Below are positions 1 to 14,444 of a DNA stretch of 64,000 nucleotides, one piece after another. Each line of letters starts with the position of its first letter. Within the stretch, counting starts at the first letter, position 1. Source of the stretch: Octopus sinensis (lineage: Eukaryota); assembly GCF_006345805.1 (NCBI RefSeq), contig NC_042998.1, positions 119,040,001-119,104,000 on the forward strand, given 5' to 3'. Below the pieces are notes generated by a model. That model saw nothing but the letters and a program-made list of their open reading frames with translations, had not been told where the DNA came from and ran no database searches. The translations under genes and the position numbers were made by a program.

Positions 1-904
1 AGGCTGTCATTACTTTCGAGACAGTACTGCTTGATACACCAAACGGCTGTTTTCGTTACGCTAGCGCCTGCCATTTGACCTTTTTGAAAGCAATTTGACT
101 TCTTTGAAAGTCCGATAGATCTCTCATTTTAATGAATTTTAATTACCTTTTTCTGATGATATCTGAAAAGAAACAGAACTTTTAGCAAAACATATTAAGC
201 AACGCTAATAATAAATCAAAAAAGCATAAAAGCAAACAAGCTTTTGATGGTTTCATAGATACTTTAAAATTATAATGCTATGATGCTAGGTGTTTCCATT
301 ATTTTGTCCAACCTAATTTTCCGATATATGTTTCTGCTTAATTACTAAGAGTAAATCTATTATCATTAGTCAATTAAATAATCGTTATTAGCGAAATTCT
401 TAGTTACATCATTTAAAAATAGTTATAAACTAAATCATTAAAATCGTTATTACTATTATGAACGTTAAAACATATTAAAAATAAAACAAGAATATATTAC
501 GTATAATGGCAAGAAAAAATTAATTTCATAGAACGAATAGAAAGCGAAATAGAACAACAATGTCATTTCGGTGTTCTCATTCTTCTATTCCAAGCAGCTA
601 AAGTTACAACATAATATAACGGAAATTTTATCTAAAAAATAACACATATAATCAATTCTAAAGATTCTTTATCTTAGTAAAATATTTACCTTATCTTTTA
701 TATATGAACAATTGATACCTTATTTTTTATTAAATATGTCACACACATACATATATACATATACATACACGTATATATATTCATAATAATATCCTTATAT
801 ATACACACATACAAATAGTTGCATATCTCCATACATGTTCACACTAACATACACACATGTTGATACACTTGCATACATGCATATATTATTGCACATATAC
901 CACA

Positions 905-1033
905 ATCCTTTCTCTCTAAGAACATAGGTTCGAAACGTCATAAACTGTTCCATTCTTCCTGAGCGTAACACTAATACACCTGCTTGTTGTTCCCTCACCT
1001 GGCTTCGTCTTTTGTTTTCTATAAATTTGAACT
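905..1033 (+). mobile_element. Short PLE pseudo-LTR-like repeat (family A) with degenerate hammerhead-like core
   Basis: Similar to 25900-26038, 60270-60405 (minus) and 60555-60630. Shared GAAGAGC-loop-GCTCGAAACGT-type motif (here AAGAACATAGGTTCGAAACGTC) followed by GAGCGT..CTAATACACCTGCTTGTTGTT. Abuts a (GT)n tract. Confidence 0.55.
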
Positions 1034-1049
1034 GTGTGTGTGTGTGTCA

Positions 1050-1140
<91 letters not shown>
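1033..1140. repeat. (GT)n microsatellite
   Basis: Directly visible, one interruption (CACTC). Confidence 0.97.
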
Positions 1141-1141
<1 letters not shown>

Positions 1142-1150
1142 ACTCGGTCA

Positions 1151-1381
1151 CTCGTTCGTTATCAAGGCAATCAAAAATGCTATGAAAGTGACCGTTTCTG
1201 AAGGAAAATTACTATGTTATTAAGATAAAAGAGCTACTATAATAACCCCTTCGATTTTTTCCCCTTGTTTAACGGTCATTCTAGTAGCTCTTTTGTCTTA
1301 ATAACGGTCAACTACGTAGTAATTTCCCTTTGTTTAACGGTCATTTTCATAGCATTTTTTATTGCCTTGATAACTAACGAG
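1151..1381. mobile_element. Fold-back (palindromic) MITE-like element
   Basis: Left arm CTCGTTCGTTATCAAGGCAATCAAAAATGCTATGAAAGTGACCGTT is the near reverse complement of AACGGTCATTTTCATAGCATTTTTATTGCCTTGATAACTAACGAG. Inner arm TAAGATAAAAGAGCTACTA pairs with TAGTAGCTCTTTTGTCTTA. Confidence 0.75.
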
Positions 1382-1463
1382 ATGCTGGAGCAATTTTCCA
1401 CCCCGACATCCGAAACTCGGAGTTTTATAATGGCAACCGAATAATTGTCACATTATATTACAG

Positions 1464-1495
<32 letters not shown>

Positions 1496-1496
1496 C

Positions 1497-1600
1497 CTTT
1501 AGTTAACTCTCCATAAAAGAGTTGTTTTGGCATCCTTGAATCCTTCATCCTGACCAAATGGCCATTCCATCTGAGCCTTTGCTTTGACCCAAGCCCTTCT
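1497..1600 (-). mobile_element. RTE/BovB-type LINE fragment (post-RT C-terminal region)
   Basis: Translates RLRWNGHLVRMKDSRMPKQLFYGEL, matching the RTE motif RLRWxGHVxRMxxxRxPKxxFYGEL. Confidence 0.85.
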
Positions 1601-1824
1601 ATACTTTCACATACATACATAAGCATATATATACACATATATAATATATATACATATTGGAACTTAATCACAAAGTACAGGAATCTTACATGTATACCAC
1701 TGTCCCTAAATAATGAAACTGAAGATACAATATCCCTGTATATCTCACGTCTATTTTTGTTCCGCCACTTCACTCTCTATTTCATATCTTATCTAGAATA
1801 ACTATAGCTTAACCATCTTCTCAC

Positions 1825-1878
1825 AACGTCTCCGATGAAGGGATACATAAAATATCCCGGAAACAGCTGTAAGACATT
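1825..1878 (+). ncRNA. Minimal type I hammerhead ribozyme-like motif within a probable PLE pseudo-LTR (~1660-1940)
   Basis: Helix I AACGTCT/AGACATT, core CCGATGA (U4>C), helix II GGGATA-cataaaa-TATCCC, GAAAC, palindromic AGCT, GTA cleavage triplet. Confidence 0.65.
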
Positions 1879-1973
1879 CTATTTATAAATGTTCTGAAAT
1901 CTTTCACAGCCTAGGAATTTTATCTCATTCTGTTAATTTATATATATATATATGCATATGTCTGTGTGTGTGC

Positions 1974-2026
<53 letters not shown>

Positions 2027-5000
2027 CGCGCGTCTACGTATGTGAATGTGTTCATAAATGTAAGAACTTCTGTTATTAGAATTTCTTTCTACTACCTGTT
2101 CACTCTAGCGCAAGAATCTCCCTAAATCGCACTCTACGGTCAAAACGGCAAATTGAAACAATGGATAATGTACTCCTAACTACACTATTCTTGAAATGAA
2201 AACTGACATCATAGAACTATTTTATCATAGATCTCACAAACAAGAGTGATTTTAGGTTTAGCATCAATTAATCAAATCAGGGACGCATGTCTCACGACTT
2301 ATTTCGTAATGTTTTCTTTTGATTATCGTTATTCCCTTATTTGAGCATTCACTCTGATTTTTTCTTTTGAAAGAAAACATGACGTCCTGAAGTTCACTTA
2401 TACCTATAAGTTTGATGTAACATCGTTAACTATAGCAAGTGTCAGTTATGAATTAATCTTGAAATTAATAGTCGTAAGTGAAAATGCGACAAGTTACCTT
2501 TTTAGCCAAAAAATTAACTTTTAATTAGATGTTACTCGTAACTGTTTTTCTTGAGTTACGATATAAACAACGTTTGGAGTTTGTGTAAATGCTAATATTA
2601 AAACAATCTTATCTTCTCGAAAGATACGATTAATAGTCCAAAAAATTATAAAAGCATTCATAGTAACTCGTTACAAGCATATACATATTTAAACGTATCT
2701 TATTCGTTGTCTTGTTCTTGCTGCAGTTGTTTCACACCTATATCAGTCCCGATCAAGCATACCAATGATTAACTGTATTTTCATGTTGTGATCTCGGATT
2801 AATTTTTTTCGCAAGCATTGTGCATCACTGAAGGCTATCAAATGTGTCTTTGTTAAGGCATTAGATTCTCATTTAACCGAGATTTAGCAAATGGAAGAAT
2901 ACATTGTATAATGTAGTTATAGCTACGCTATCTATCACGAAAAATATAGGAATAGTTGCGACTCCAACGACTACAATCATTGGTCTACTCGATTTGATTT
3001 TAACTGACGTGAGGCTAAACAACAAGAACAACGTCATTTAATCTCAAAAAAGAATTACAAGTTAATATGATTGACAGAGATAGTGAAGATACGCTTTGAA
3101 TATTTTATTTTCATATTAGAATGAAGAATGGTTTCTAACATAGGCAACAGGCAACAGAATTAGTGGATGAAGTGTATAGCTGATTAAATCCCCCCTCGCA
3201 CTTTACTGGTACTCACCCCGTAGATGTAATGCAGCTTGCACCCAGGAATGATTTAAAGTCAGAAGATAATGGAATATGACTAATTACCACAAATTCAAAC
3301 GCGCTAACGATTCTACAGATTTATCAACATTTCATGCTATTTAATATTGATTTTTATCAGACACAATTCCACACCACTTTTTAGAGAAAAATTATAGTCG
3401 ATTCCATTGAGTCCGGTATTTGATATGATTGATGCTTTCTTATCGCTCTCGGAATGATGTAATGAATATTTTACGCCGGTGTAATTTAAACTAAGATTGT
3501 AACGGGACAGAACCATTTCTGCCACCCTACCACCTTTTGTAGATGGGTTATCTTATAATGTCGATGTTTATATTTACGACTAAGAATTTCAGCTTAGTCT
3601 TTCAGACTGAGTTGTCCACTAAATTCTTCAATAAAGTTTTCATCATTTTATGTCTTTGTTATTATTAAATTTTATAAGAAATATTATATAACGAAAGTAA
3701 TGTTTAATTAGATTTAGTAATCACATAAAAGAGTTGTTTTTCTTTATTGGCGGGGACTACATTACATTTTATGATGGTGTATTTTTTCTTTGAGGTATTG
3801 AGTTTCTTTGTCGTCTGTTCATTCATCTATTAGTTTCTTTCTTGCTTGAAATTCGTATTAATTTTGTTCATTAGCCTATATCTATGGAACGACATACATA
3901 ACAAGCAGTACTGAAAGTTCTCTTGATTATTATCTTGGAAGATAGAATACAGGCGGAAATAAGCAAAACATGAAAGCAAAATTACATCTTTCAAAAGTGT
4001 AATGAGATCTATCGCTCTAATCATTTTAATATACATGAGGACAATGTTCAATAGCAGGAATCATCGATTAGCATATGATTGAATACTATATGTTTGGAAC
4101 CGAAATTGATCTTCTAATCTAAAGGCAACATTTAAAGAAACAATTTGCATCTCTAAAATACAAACAGCAAAATATAACAGAAAATTATTTCATTTCTTCC
4201 TATGGTTACTAATTGTATGGTTAGTTTTAATAAGATTATCAAAATGTATCATTCATTTTAAGACCTATATCAAAAATACTATAATTTTATAATTTCAGCT
4301 GGAAATGACTCAATTTATCATTTTGCTTTATTTCTATTATATTTCTATCGTAGTTGAAGTCTATTCCTGGAAACCTAATGTGGTATCTTATCTCATTCGT
4401 CTTTGTTATCGCTCACCAAAGCAATTATCGCTTGTTTACTTTCAATGGTTTGGTAAAGGAAATAAGAGTAATTTCGTTTTACAGATTTATTTATATTAGG
4501 TTAGGTTTGCGCAGTTTGTTATTAACTAGATTCAATACGCTGTATTCTGCTAACTCGACATTTGTGGAAAAAAACGTGTTTAATTTATCTTATTTATTTT
4601 GGGTTTTCTATTTTTCATTTGTTTTGTTCTTTGTATTTCCATTTTAATGAAAACGAAATGGTTTCTTTTTCTTTCTCTTATAATGTTACGGGTATTTTTT
4701 CAATAATTCTGTATGTATGCATAATGTATGTACGTATGTATGTGTGTATATGCATGTATGTATGTATGTATGTATGTATGTATGTATGTATTTATGGATG
4801 GATGGATATATATATATGTTTATGTATGTGCGATTTATGTATGTGTATATGGTGAGAGTATGCTACGTATGTACGTATGCGGCTTCTTGTCTAACGAAAA
4901 GAGCCAGGAAGACATGAACTATTTAAATATTAGAAAATAGAAGTTGCTCCAATGTCACATTAATAATGATAAATTAGCATTGAAGAGATAAAATATAATC

Positions 5001-5074
5001 AACTATTATATACATACACGCACACAAATACTCATAAATATATGAAAAATTGCTCATTATAAATTTGAGTATAC

Positions 5075-5084
<10 letters not shown>

Positions 5085-5160
<76 letters not shown>
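5085..5160. repeat. (TA)n microsatellite (representative of many, e.g. 8185-8460, 10190-10645, 15950-16095, 23185-23305, 26038-26102, 56310-56385)
   Basis: Directly visible dinucleotide runs. Confidence 0.97.
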
Positions 5161-5163
<3 letters not shown>

Positions 5164-5600
5164 CGTATATTTATTTACATATATATAAACGTATATGTAT
5201 CTGTGTGTATATACATGCATATGCATGCACACATACATATGTGTGTGGGTACATTACGAAACCCATATCTGTATGTATGTAGTTTTTAATTCATGTAGGT
5301 TATCGGCTCTCAATCAAAGACCTGTCGAGAAAAAAACATCAATAATTTAGTAGGGTACATTAAATAAGGTCATTTCTATTATGTACTTAAAAGAGAAAGG
5401 GCCACTAGCTTCAGATATTCGTCTACTGATTTATATCTTTCCCGTTAGATTCATGATCGTTCTTAGAGTATTCATATATGTATGTATTTCTCCATCTAAA
5501 CACCGACAAATCATCCTTCTGTTAGAAGATTAACGTAGTTTCCTAATCACTATTCCTGTGCGTGTCACACATTTCTCTCCCAATCATCAATCGAGTCAAC

Positions 5601-5641
5601 ATGTGTGTGTGTGTGTGTGTGCGTTCGTGTGTGTGTGTGTG

Positions 5642-5730
<89 letters not shown>

Positions 5731-5740
5731 GTGTGTGTGC
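5601..5740. repeat. (GT)n microsatellite, interrupted
   Basis: Directly visible. Confidence 0.95.
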
Positions 5741-6366
5741 AGGCATGTGAGTAATGTGAACTGCTAAGACTTATATAATGCAATATAAAGTTAAAACTAT
5801 GCATTTGCAATACACTGTTAGACAGACAAATGAACAACGTGCCTGCGGTAGCTAAACAGAAATGTGTGTGTCTGTGTGTGTGTGAGTGTTTGCGTGCTTC
5901 TGTGTATATGTGTGTCTTTGTAAATTCGCAAGTATTTTAACACTTACGTCATAAACATAGATCCATTAGTACCAAGTGCACAATGCAATGCAGCACTGTC
6001 ATCATTCATTATTTTATTCGGAAAATGTGGGTGGGGTTACGGGGCATTCATCTTTCAAACATGACATAAAGAAATAATATATTCATGATAACAATCCAAC
6101 ACAATCATTTCTTCGCACGTACACACACACGCACGCACGCATGCTCGCACACGCACATATACACACATGTGTGAGTATGTGTGTATTTACAAAGAAAAGG
6201 TTAATCGCAACTTCTGAAATATTGCGTGTGATTTTACTATATGATTACATTTGTATGATTTTGTATAAAATATAGCCATACACACACCATGCTCACATTC
6301 ACACATACACATTCATGTACAGACATAAACACATATACACATCACACTATATAGAAATGTGTATTT

Positions 6367-6927
<561 letters not shown>

Positions 6928-7941
6928 ATGATGCTGATATTTTTTACTATCCGAAGTCATAATAGATAGACATTAAAAATAGTGTGGATGACTTTTAATG
7001 GACAGAACTCAGATATTGAATGATGTGGTGCAAGTGAATCCAAAGTCGTAGTGATTGGTGATATGACAGTTAAGGTAACAAGTATTAAGCCATTTCAAAA
7101 ACGTTACTTGGAAGTGTGACTTCTCTAAGCATATTATTTGCTCTGTACTTGCGTCTGCGTTTTTTGCTTAAGCCAGTTAAAACCTTTCACTTCCACTCTG
7201 ACGTTTGTTTTCAGATAATCAAACCTTACATTAGTTAAAATGTATAGTTAGCTAAACTTTACCCAGATGTAATTAAAAAGCAATTCAATAAGTGAGCCAC
7301 TATGATGTAGCTCACTTTGCCTTAGTTAGAAGCAGCAGGACCATCGATCTTAAATCATGTTCTACTAGCTGAAAATTGAAAGACGCATTTGAACTTTATT
7401 TGTAGACATACAAGACGACATGATGGTCATGGCTAGAATCTACTTGATGAAGATTGACCACCAGTTATAAACAACAATGAGAGATAACAATTAGTATAAT
7501 CTTTGATTGAGAACTTACAGATGTTCTTCGTGAGAATATATGTGAGTCCCGAACCACATTTTTTGGTGATAGTGGCAATAATATCATTGAAACAGAATAC
7601 ATATTAAATGCTTTTGAATAAGGTTGGTTGCATAGGCGTTAACATGGCAGCGTCTATGTAGACCCACAACTTGATAGAAATTGCAAATAAACCGCCACCG
7701 TTTCAAGCAAAGGAAGACACATTAAGCAGCCCAGCTTCACGGCTGCAAATCTTTTAATCATAGATTCAAATGAGGCTAGTCTACTTCAATAATATTCTAG
7801 AAACGTTTGTCTCTGATCTGCTGCTAAACGCTTCGAAAGACCTGATCTTGTGAAACATTACTCTTTGATAAAAACAATATTTAAAATTCATAATTACTGA
7901 TATGTAATTTTAGAGAAATTACAGAACAAAAACAAAACTAG

Positions 7942-8760
<819 letters not shown>

Positions 8761-10512
8761 TTGGAATATAGTTATAGATTTTGTTTATTTTCATTCCAAA
8801 GAAGAGGATCTCCCTTCACTTTCTTTTCTTGATTAACTTTCTTGATCCGCACCCACATCTATTCCCATCATCAGAAACAAAGTTCATCGGAAACACGACC
8901 CCGGTTGCTAAAATGTTATCCAACAATTTATAATATGCATCAGTTTCAGATTTAATCAAACTTTCCTTCACAGTGGATCTATTGCAAATTTTGGCAGTGA
9001 AATCTACTTCTATTTGTCATGTCATATTAACGTTACTTTTCTGATACCATATGGCTGCAGTCCACGCTTGCCCGATGTTTTGGTGGGTCTTCGTTCCATA
9101 GCGAATTAATCTCTTCGCAAATTATCGTCCAGCCATATATCACTCCCTCATATATTCGATGTTCTACTATAACGAGACATCAAGAACGGGCTTCATGAGT
9201 GAAACTCTTCCATCTTGGTAACGTTGCTTCATCAGAAGTAAAGAACTGATAACTTCAGTGAGGCGGCATTTGCAACAATTCCTGTTTACTTCTTTCAGAA
9301 GCATTTACCATGGTATAACTTTTTCATCCTTGGACAATACACTGAGCCCAATTTATTTCAGAAGTGTAGTTGTTCTGAGAATCAGAGCAGTTCTAAACGA
9401 ACCGCACATTCCAATACTCTACACATTGTCGTTAGAAGGTATTAGGATTTATCTTGACACCTCCAAATAGTCATTTAAAGACCAATATCAACACCAAATA
9501 TCACCAAAGGAGTTCTAACGCATCCCCAGTCTCCCTTAACCGCCCATCTTAGCGATAACTGATCGTAGAATACTTGACAAAATAACCACTTTTATCCTGG
9601 AATTTGAGCAAAACTTCAAAAGGGACGCCATTATTGTTGACACTATTTTCAATATCAAATATTGCAATATCAAATGTTGTCGAGAGTACCGTATTTGCTC
9701 CTTCGTTGTCGAAGAATGTTAAAGAATATTCGATAATAAATATAAGAATTTGATTGGTAATTATCTTTTTTAGCTAGTGTTGCATGAAAATTATAGACGT
9801 TAACAGTCTTTCAACTTGCAATAACCGAGACAACCGGAGAAATACGGGTGATTAATTGGTTACAAAAGAAATACGGGTGATTAATTGGTTCCAAAAGAGA
9901 CGCTTGATTATCATTCTGAAACTCCATAAGTGTACTGCAATACTAAATTCTGATAGCAAGGATTTTCTATTAATAGATAATATAAAATTAAGTTCCAAAA
10001 TGGATGGCAGCTTAAACTTCTAGATACATTTAATTGATTTCATCAGTCCGAACAATATTAATTCCGTTTTTGAGGAATTTGTGATTATATATATACATAC
10101 GTATACATGTGAGTGTGTTTTATGAGTGTATGTGTATTATGAATGCGTTTATGCGTGTATGTATGTGTGTATGTATACATATATGTGTGTATATATATAT
10201 ATATAATATATATATTATATATATATATATAATATATATATATATATATTATATATATATTATATATATATATATATACATATTTACATTTTAAATTCGA
10301 AGATTAAAATAATTCTTAACATTCGGATTTTTTAAAATTTGCTAAGCCACTGGTTTTAATTGATTAATATCAATTTCTACCCTCATTATTTAATTGTACA
10401 TATATGTGTATATATATGTGTGTGTGTGTGTGTGTATTTCACAGGTGTAAAATTGATATTAATTAAATTGATGTTAATTAAATTAATATCCTATTACTCA
10501 CGCTCATTTTAA

Positions 10513-10569
<57 letters not shown>

Positions 10570-11447
10570 TATATATATATTATATTTATATATATTATAT
10601 ATATATATATATTATATATATTATATATATATATATTATATATAACCGTGTTAGGTCTGTCGCGAGCCCTAGGACTCATAAGGTGTATAAGTCCCTGCGA
10701 TTATGATACTTTTCCTTCGTCCGTCTGTCGTAGTTTTATCTTTCCAGTTATTGTTGGGTCTCATTTACACCTGAATGGACTTAACCACCATAAAATTAAG
10801 ACTTTGGCTCAAAACACAACGGTAACGGAACTGATCCTGTGCAACAACCTAACTTCTGGGAGTGGTCAGTGGAATATCTTTGAACAACATGTACAAATGC
10901 AGGTATATAAAATGCCACACAAAGTTTTTGATCTATTAATATAATCTCCGCTTCTAGAGGATGTGTTATAATTAATAAATGGTAATTAAGACAAGCTCCA
11001 TATGAGAAAGGGAGATAATATTATGAATTCTGGAGAGTTGACATGCCATTAAAAATACGTAAGGTTTGTTGTCGGGAGATAGAGAGGACAATCATGAACG
11101 CATGTATTTGTCTTAATAGGCATCATCAGCTTAACAATCGTCTTAACTGATCTGCAGTAGCCAAGGGACTTATACAGAAAGAATATATTTATGAACAAAT
11201 TGAACATATTTATGGCCCAGGTATTCCGATTAAGTTAAACAAAAATGAGCTGAGAGAAATAGCTGAGAGTAGCCACTGACAACTTCTGTTTCATTTATGT
11301 TGTAACATAACATAAATTTATGTTGTAACATAACTCATGTCTAAATGTCTATTTTTAATCATTTTCAGGACATTCTGAAATGATCGAGTATAATAACTTG
11401 TTTTGATAATCTTTTGTAACTATTTCACTTCACTTTAATCAAACGAA

Positions 11448-11524
11448 CCTGCCAAACATATCAAGGACCCTGCCAAACATATCAAGGACCTACCAAACAT
11501 ATCAAGGACCTACCAAACATATCA
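11448..11524. repeat. 20-21-bp minisatellite, ~3.7 copies
   Basis: Unit CCT(G/A)CCAAACATATCAAGGA repeated in tandem. Confidence 0.9.
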
Positions 11525-11547
11525 GAGACGTTTTTGATTGTAAGCTT

Positions 11548-11689
11548 TGAACCGACGACAGCTCGGTTCAAAGTCTCTCTTGAACAGAAATGGCCTGAAC
11601 TCTTTGTATGACCACCCTCCCTGTACATAACTCCTTGTCCCCCTACATGGTCTTGCTTTTGCTTTTTGAGTCAATAAAAATTGAATTGA
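11548..11689 (+). mobile_element. Short 5'-truncated non-LTR retroposon 3' end with 11-bp target-site duplication
   Basis: ATTGTAAGCTT at 11537-11547 and 11690-11700. The insert ends AATAAAAATTGAATTGA (polyA signal plus short repeat tail). Confidence 0.7.
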
Positions 11690-12499
11690 ATTGTAAGCTT
11701 ATTGACCCAGAGCTGACTTAGAGTTAGACTGCAACATATACTACAAATTTCCATTTGAAACCTGTGGTGAAACTGATAACTTAGCTTTATGAGAAAGTAC
11801 AAGTTATCCTCGAACTAACCAGTTTCCGATAGAATAGAAAGATTGTAGAGTTATACAAGTCTAGCAAGTGACTTGAAACAATATGTGTTCATGGATTCGT
11901 GAGACAAGAAACGATATCCTGACCCGAATGATTTAAACATAATAGACCCAGCTAAAATATCTCTTATAATCAGGTTGTAACATAATATCTGGCGATGAAT
12001 CAAGCCTGGTTGATAGAAATGATGCATCCCAACTGTTTTCATTCACCACATTTCACCCACAAGACGTGGATTGAATCTAGGTTATAGTAGAAAATACTTG
12101 GCTTATGTAGTGCGCAGTAAAATCAAGCTGAGACCCACGTGATTGTAAAGTGAACATCTTGTCGATACGATTATTACAGCGTCGATATAACCATGAGAGG
12201 GAAAGAAAACAGAATGTTGTCGATGATGCACAGGTTGTCGAAACAATTATTAAATCGGTAAAAGTGAACAGCATTGGAAATGAAATGGAAAACAGTTTAT
12301 GAGAAATATTGTAATTAGGAGTTGATTGCTGTTATTGTACTGGACACTAATTTGATTGAGTCAACACATAGGAAAGTGTTTAATCAATAACACTGACTAA
12401 TCATGTGTTAAGTGTGAGCTATCGGGCAACAGACTGCAGTAATAAAATGAAATACTATCAAATATGTTCTGTAGACGAAATATAGGCATCAACGTCAGC

Positions 12500-12880
12500 A
12501 GCAGAACACCGCCACCACCACTACTATCATTAAACTCATCCTCAGCAGCATGAACGCCATCAACACCACTACTTCAAAAGCCACCTTCCTTCATCATAGT
12601 TATTATCATCATCATCATCATTTTAATCATCATTATCGCCACCATCAGCATAATTAGCTTCAGCAGTAGCGCCAAACTCATCATCTTCACCAGCATCTCC
12701 TCACCCCATCCTCCCAATCATCATCATCACCACCTTCAATATTATAATCCTTATCACTACCACCATCATTATCATCATCATGACTATTATGACTACTAAC
12801 TTTATCAAAGCACCACCACCGTCATAATTAACATCACCACAGTCATCATCGTTATCGTCATCATAAGTTTATCATCCTCA
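12500..12880. repeat. Degenerate (CAT/CAC/CAG)n trinucleotide low-complexity region
   Basis: Directly visible. Confidence 0.85.
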
Positions 12881-12899
12881 TTATAGGAGCAGCATCCTA

Positions 12900-14330
12900 A
12901 TTATACCTGAGACTTTCCCTTACACTGAAGTCCTTTCTTTACACTCATGCCTCAGAACTTCCTCCTAAAGTCACTAAAATCTTTAATCTTACTCTCTTAA
13001 AGGGTATAACCTAATGTTTAGGTCATGTTTAAGTGTGTCCTTTTGCAAAGAACGGCAACTCTTCTGATACAGCTAACTCTCATCATTTTGCCTTCATCTG
13101 TAATATCTCTAAGATAATGGAGATAGTCATTAACAATGACAGACTCCCAACAGTTTGAATCTCACTCACCACATTGACTTGAACGGCTTCCACAGAAAGA
13201 GATTATTGGCGTTCGACATGTTAATGTCACTCACCAATGGACTTTCGTATTAGGCAAGTTCGGTGAAAAAGTATATTGTTGCCCTGGACATTACCAAGGC
13301 TTTCAACTATACCTGACATGCGAATCACCTAATAAAACTTTCCGTCCATGACTTTCATTCATTTCCCAAGTTTTGGATATGTAGCTTTCTATTAAATAGC
13401 ACCACGACATGTGTTGAAGAAACTCTTTCAATTTCATTTTCAATCAACTCTGTAGATCAGTAGCGCTTTACCTGACCCTATTTATTCTATACATCAAATA
13501 CCTACATTGCTATGTGCAACAATGCTAAAGATTCAATCCTCCATCTTCCCTAATTTCCCCAACCATGCATCATCCACATGCAGCTTGAACACCAGTCCTC
13601 CAATGATGCTATGTCGACCGCATTACTTGTAACAGCAAACATGTCAAGTACTACCCTTAAGAAAGTACCATCGCACTACACACCACCACTAAGCATCAAT
13701 GGCGCTCAGCTAGAGCCCTCACAGTCGCACCAAATGATGATCCTCAATATCACTAAGTATCTCACCTGGTATTGCACATCTATAGTATTTCTAAAACCGC
13801 ATCCCAACGTTCGCCCCCTTGCTTTACGACCAGAAAAATATCACCCTCCATTCCATTAACTGATACTCTTCAACGCTCAAGTGAGCCCTACAATATAGTG
13901 CAGGACCTACATCGAGAGAATGCTGCTAATATGTAGACAGAAATCAGAGATGAGCCACTTGAATAAGTGATTCAGCATTTTATGAATATTTATAGACAAG
14001 CTCCAGGCAGACGTGTTGTCTTCTCTTCATTTCAATCGACACTTTAACGTCTATAAAGACTTCTGTCCCTCGGACTTGGCTGGTTTCAGACTTGGCTCTC
14101 CCACTCAGGTACCTACCACCCACTCGTCTTTCCACTTATCATCATTTTTGTGCAATTCAAACACCCTCGGCTCCGCACCAAATATTCTCCGGTCCTTCCC
14201 TCCCCAGTACCGTCCCTCTGAAATCTTTTTGCTTATGTATTTGCAGCAGCTGTTGATTTGCATCATTTTAAGCGGAACATTAACGGCATCAAATTCACCA
14301 GTCCTTGACAGCCTGCAATGACCATGACTA
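12900..14330 (+). mobile_element. Degenerate LINE reverse-transcriptase remnant (Jockey/CR1-like)
   Basis: 13278-13320 translates VALDITKAFNYT*H (cf. ALDISKAFDRVWH). Downstream SINSVDQ* and LFILYI resemble the INSGVPQG and LFxLYIN motifs. Many stops and frameshifts. Confidence 0.7.
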
Positions 14331-14444
14331 ATAATCCCTCCTCAAAGCACAAGTAAAAAGAAAATAATAATGCGTTGTCAGAATAATTTTCGCAAGGTTA
14401 ACATTTACCTTACTATGTTATTGTTTCGAGGGTAAATTACTTTA

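Noticed and set aside
11448-11524. CRISPR-like short repeats
   Set aside because: No spacers; a head-to-tail minisatellite in eukaryotic DNA.
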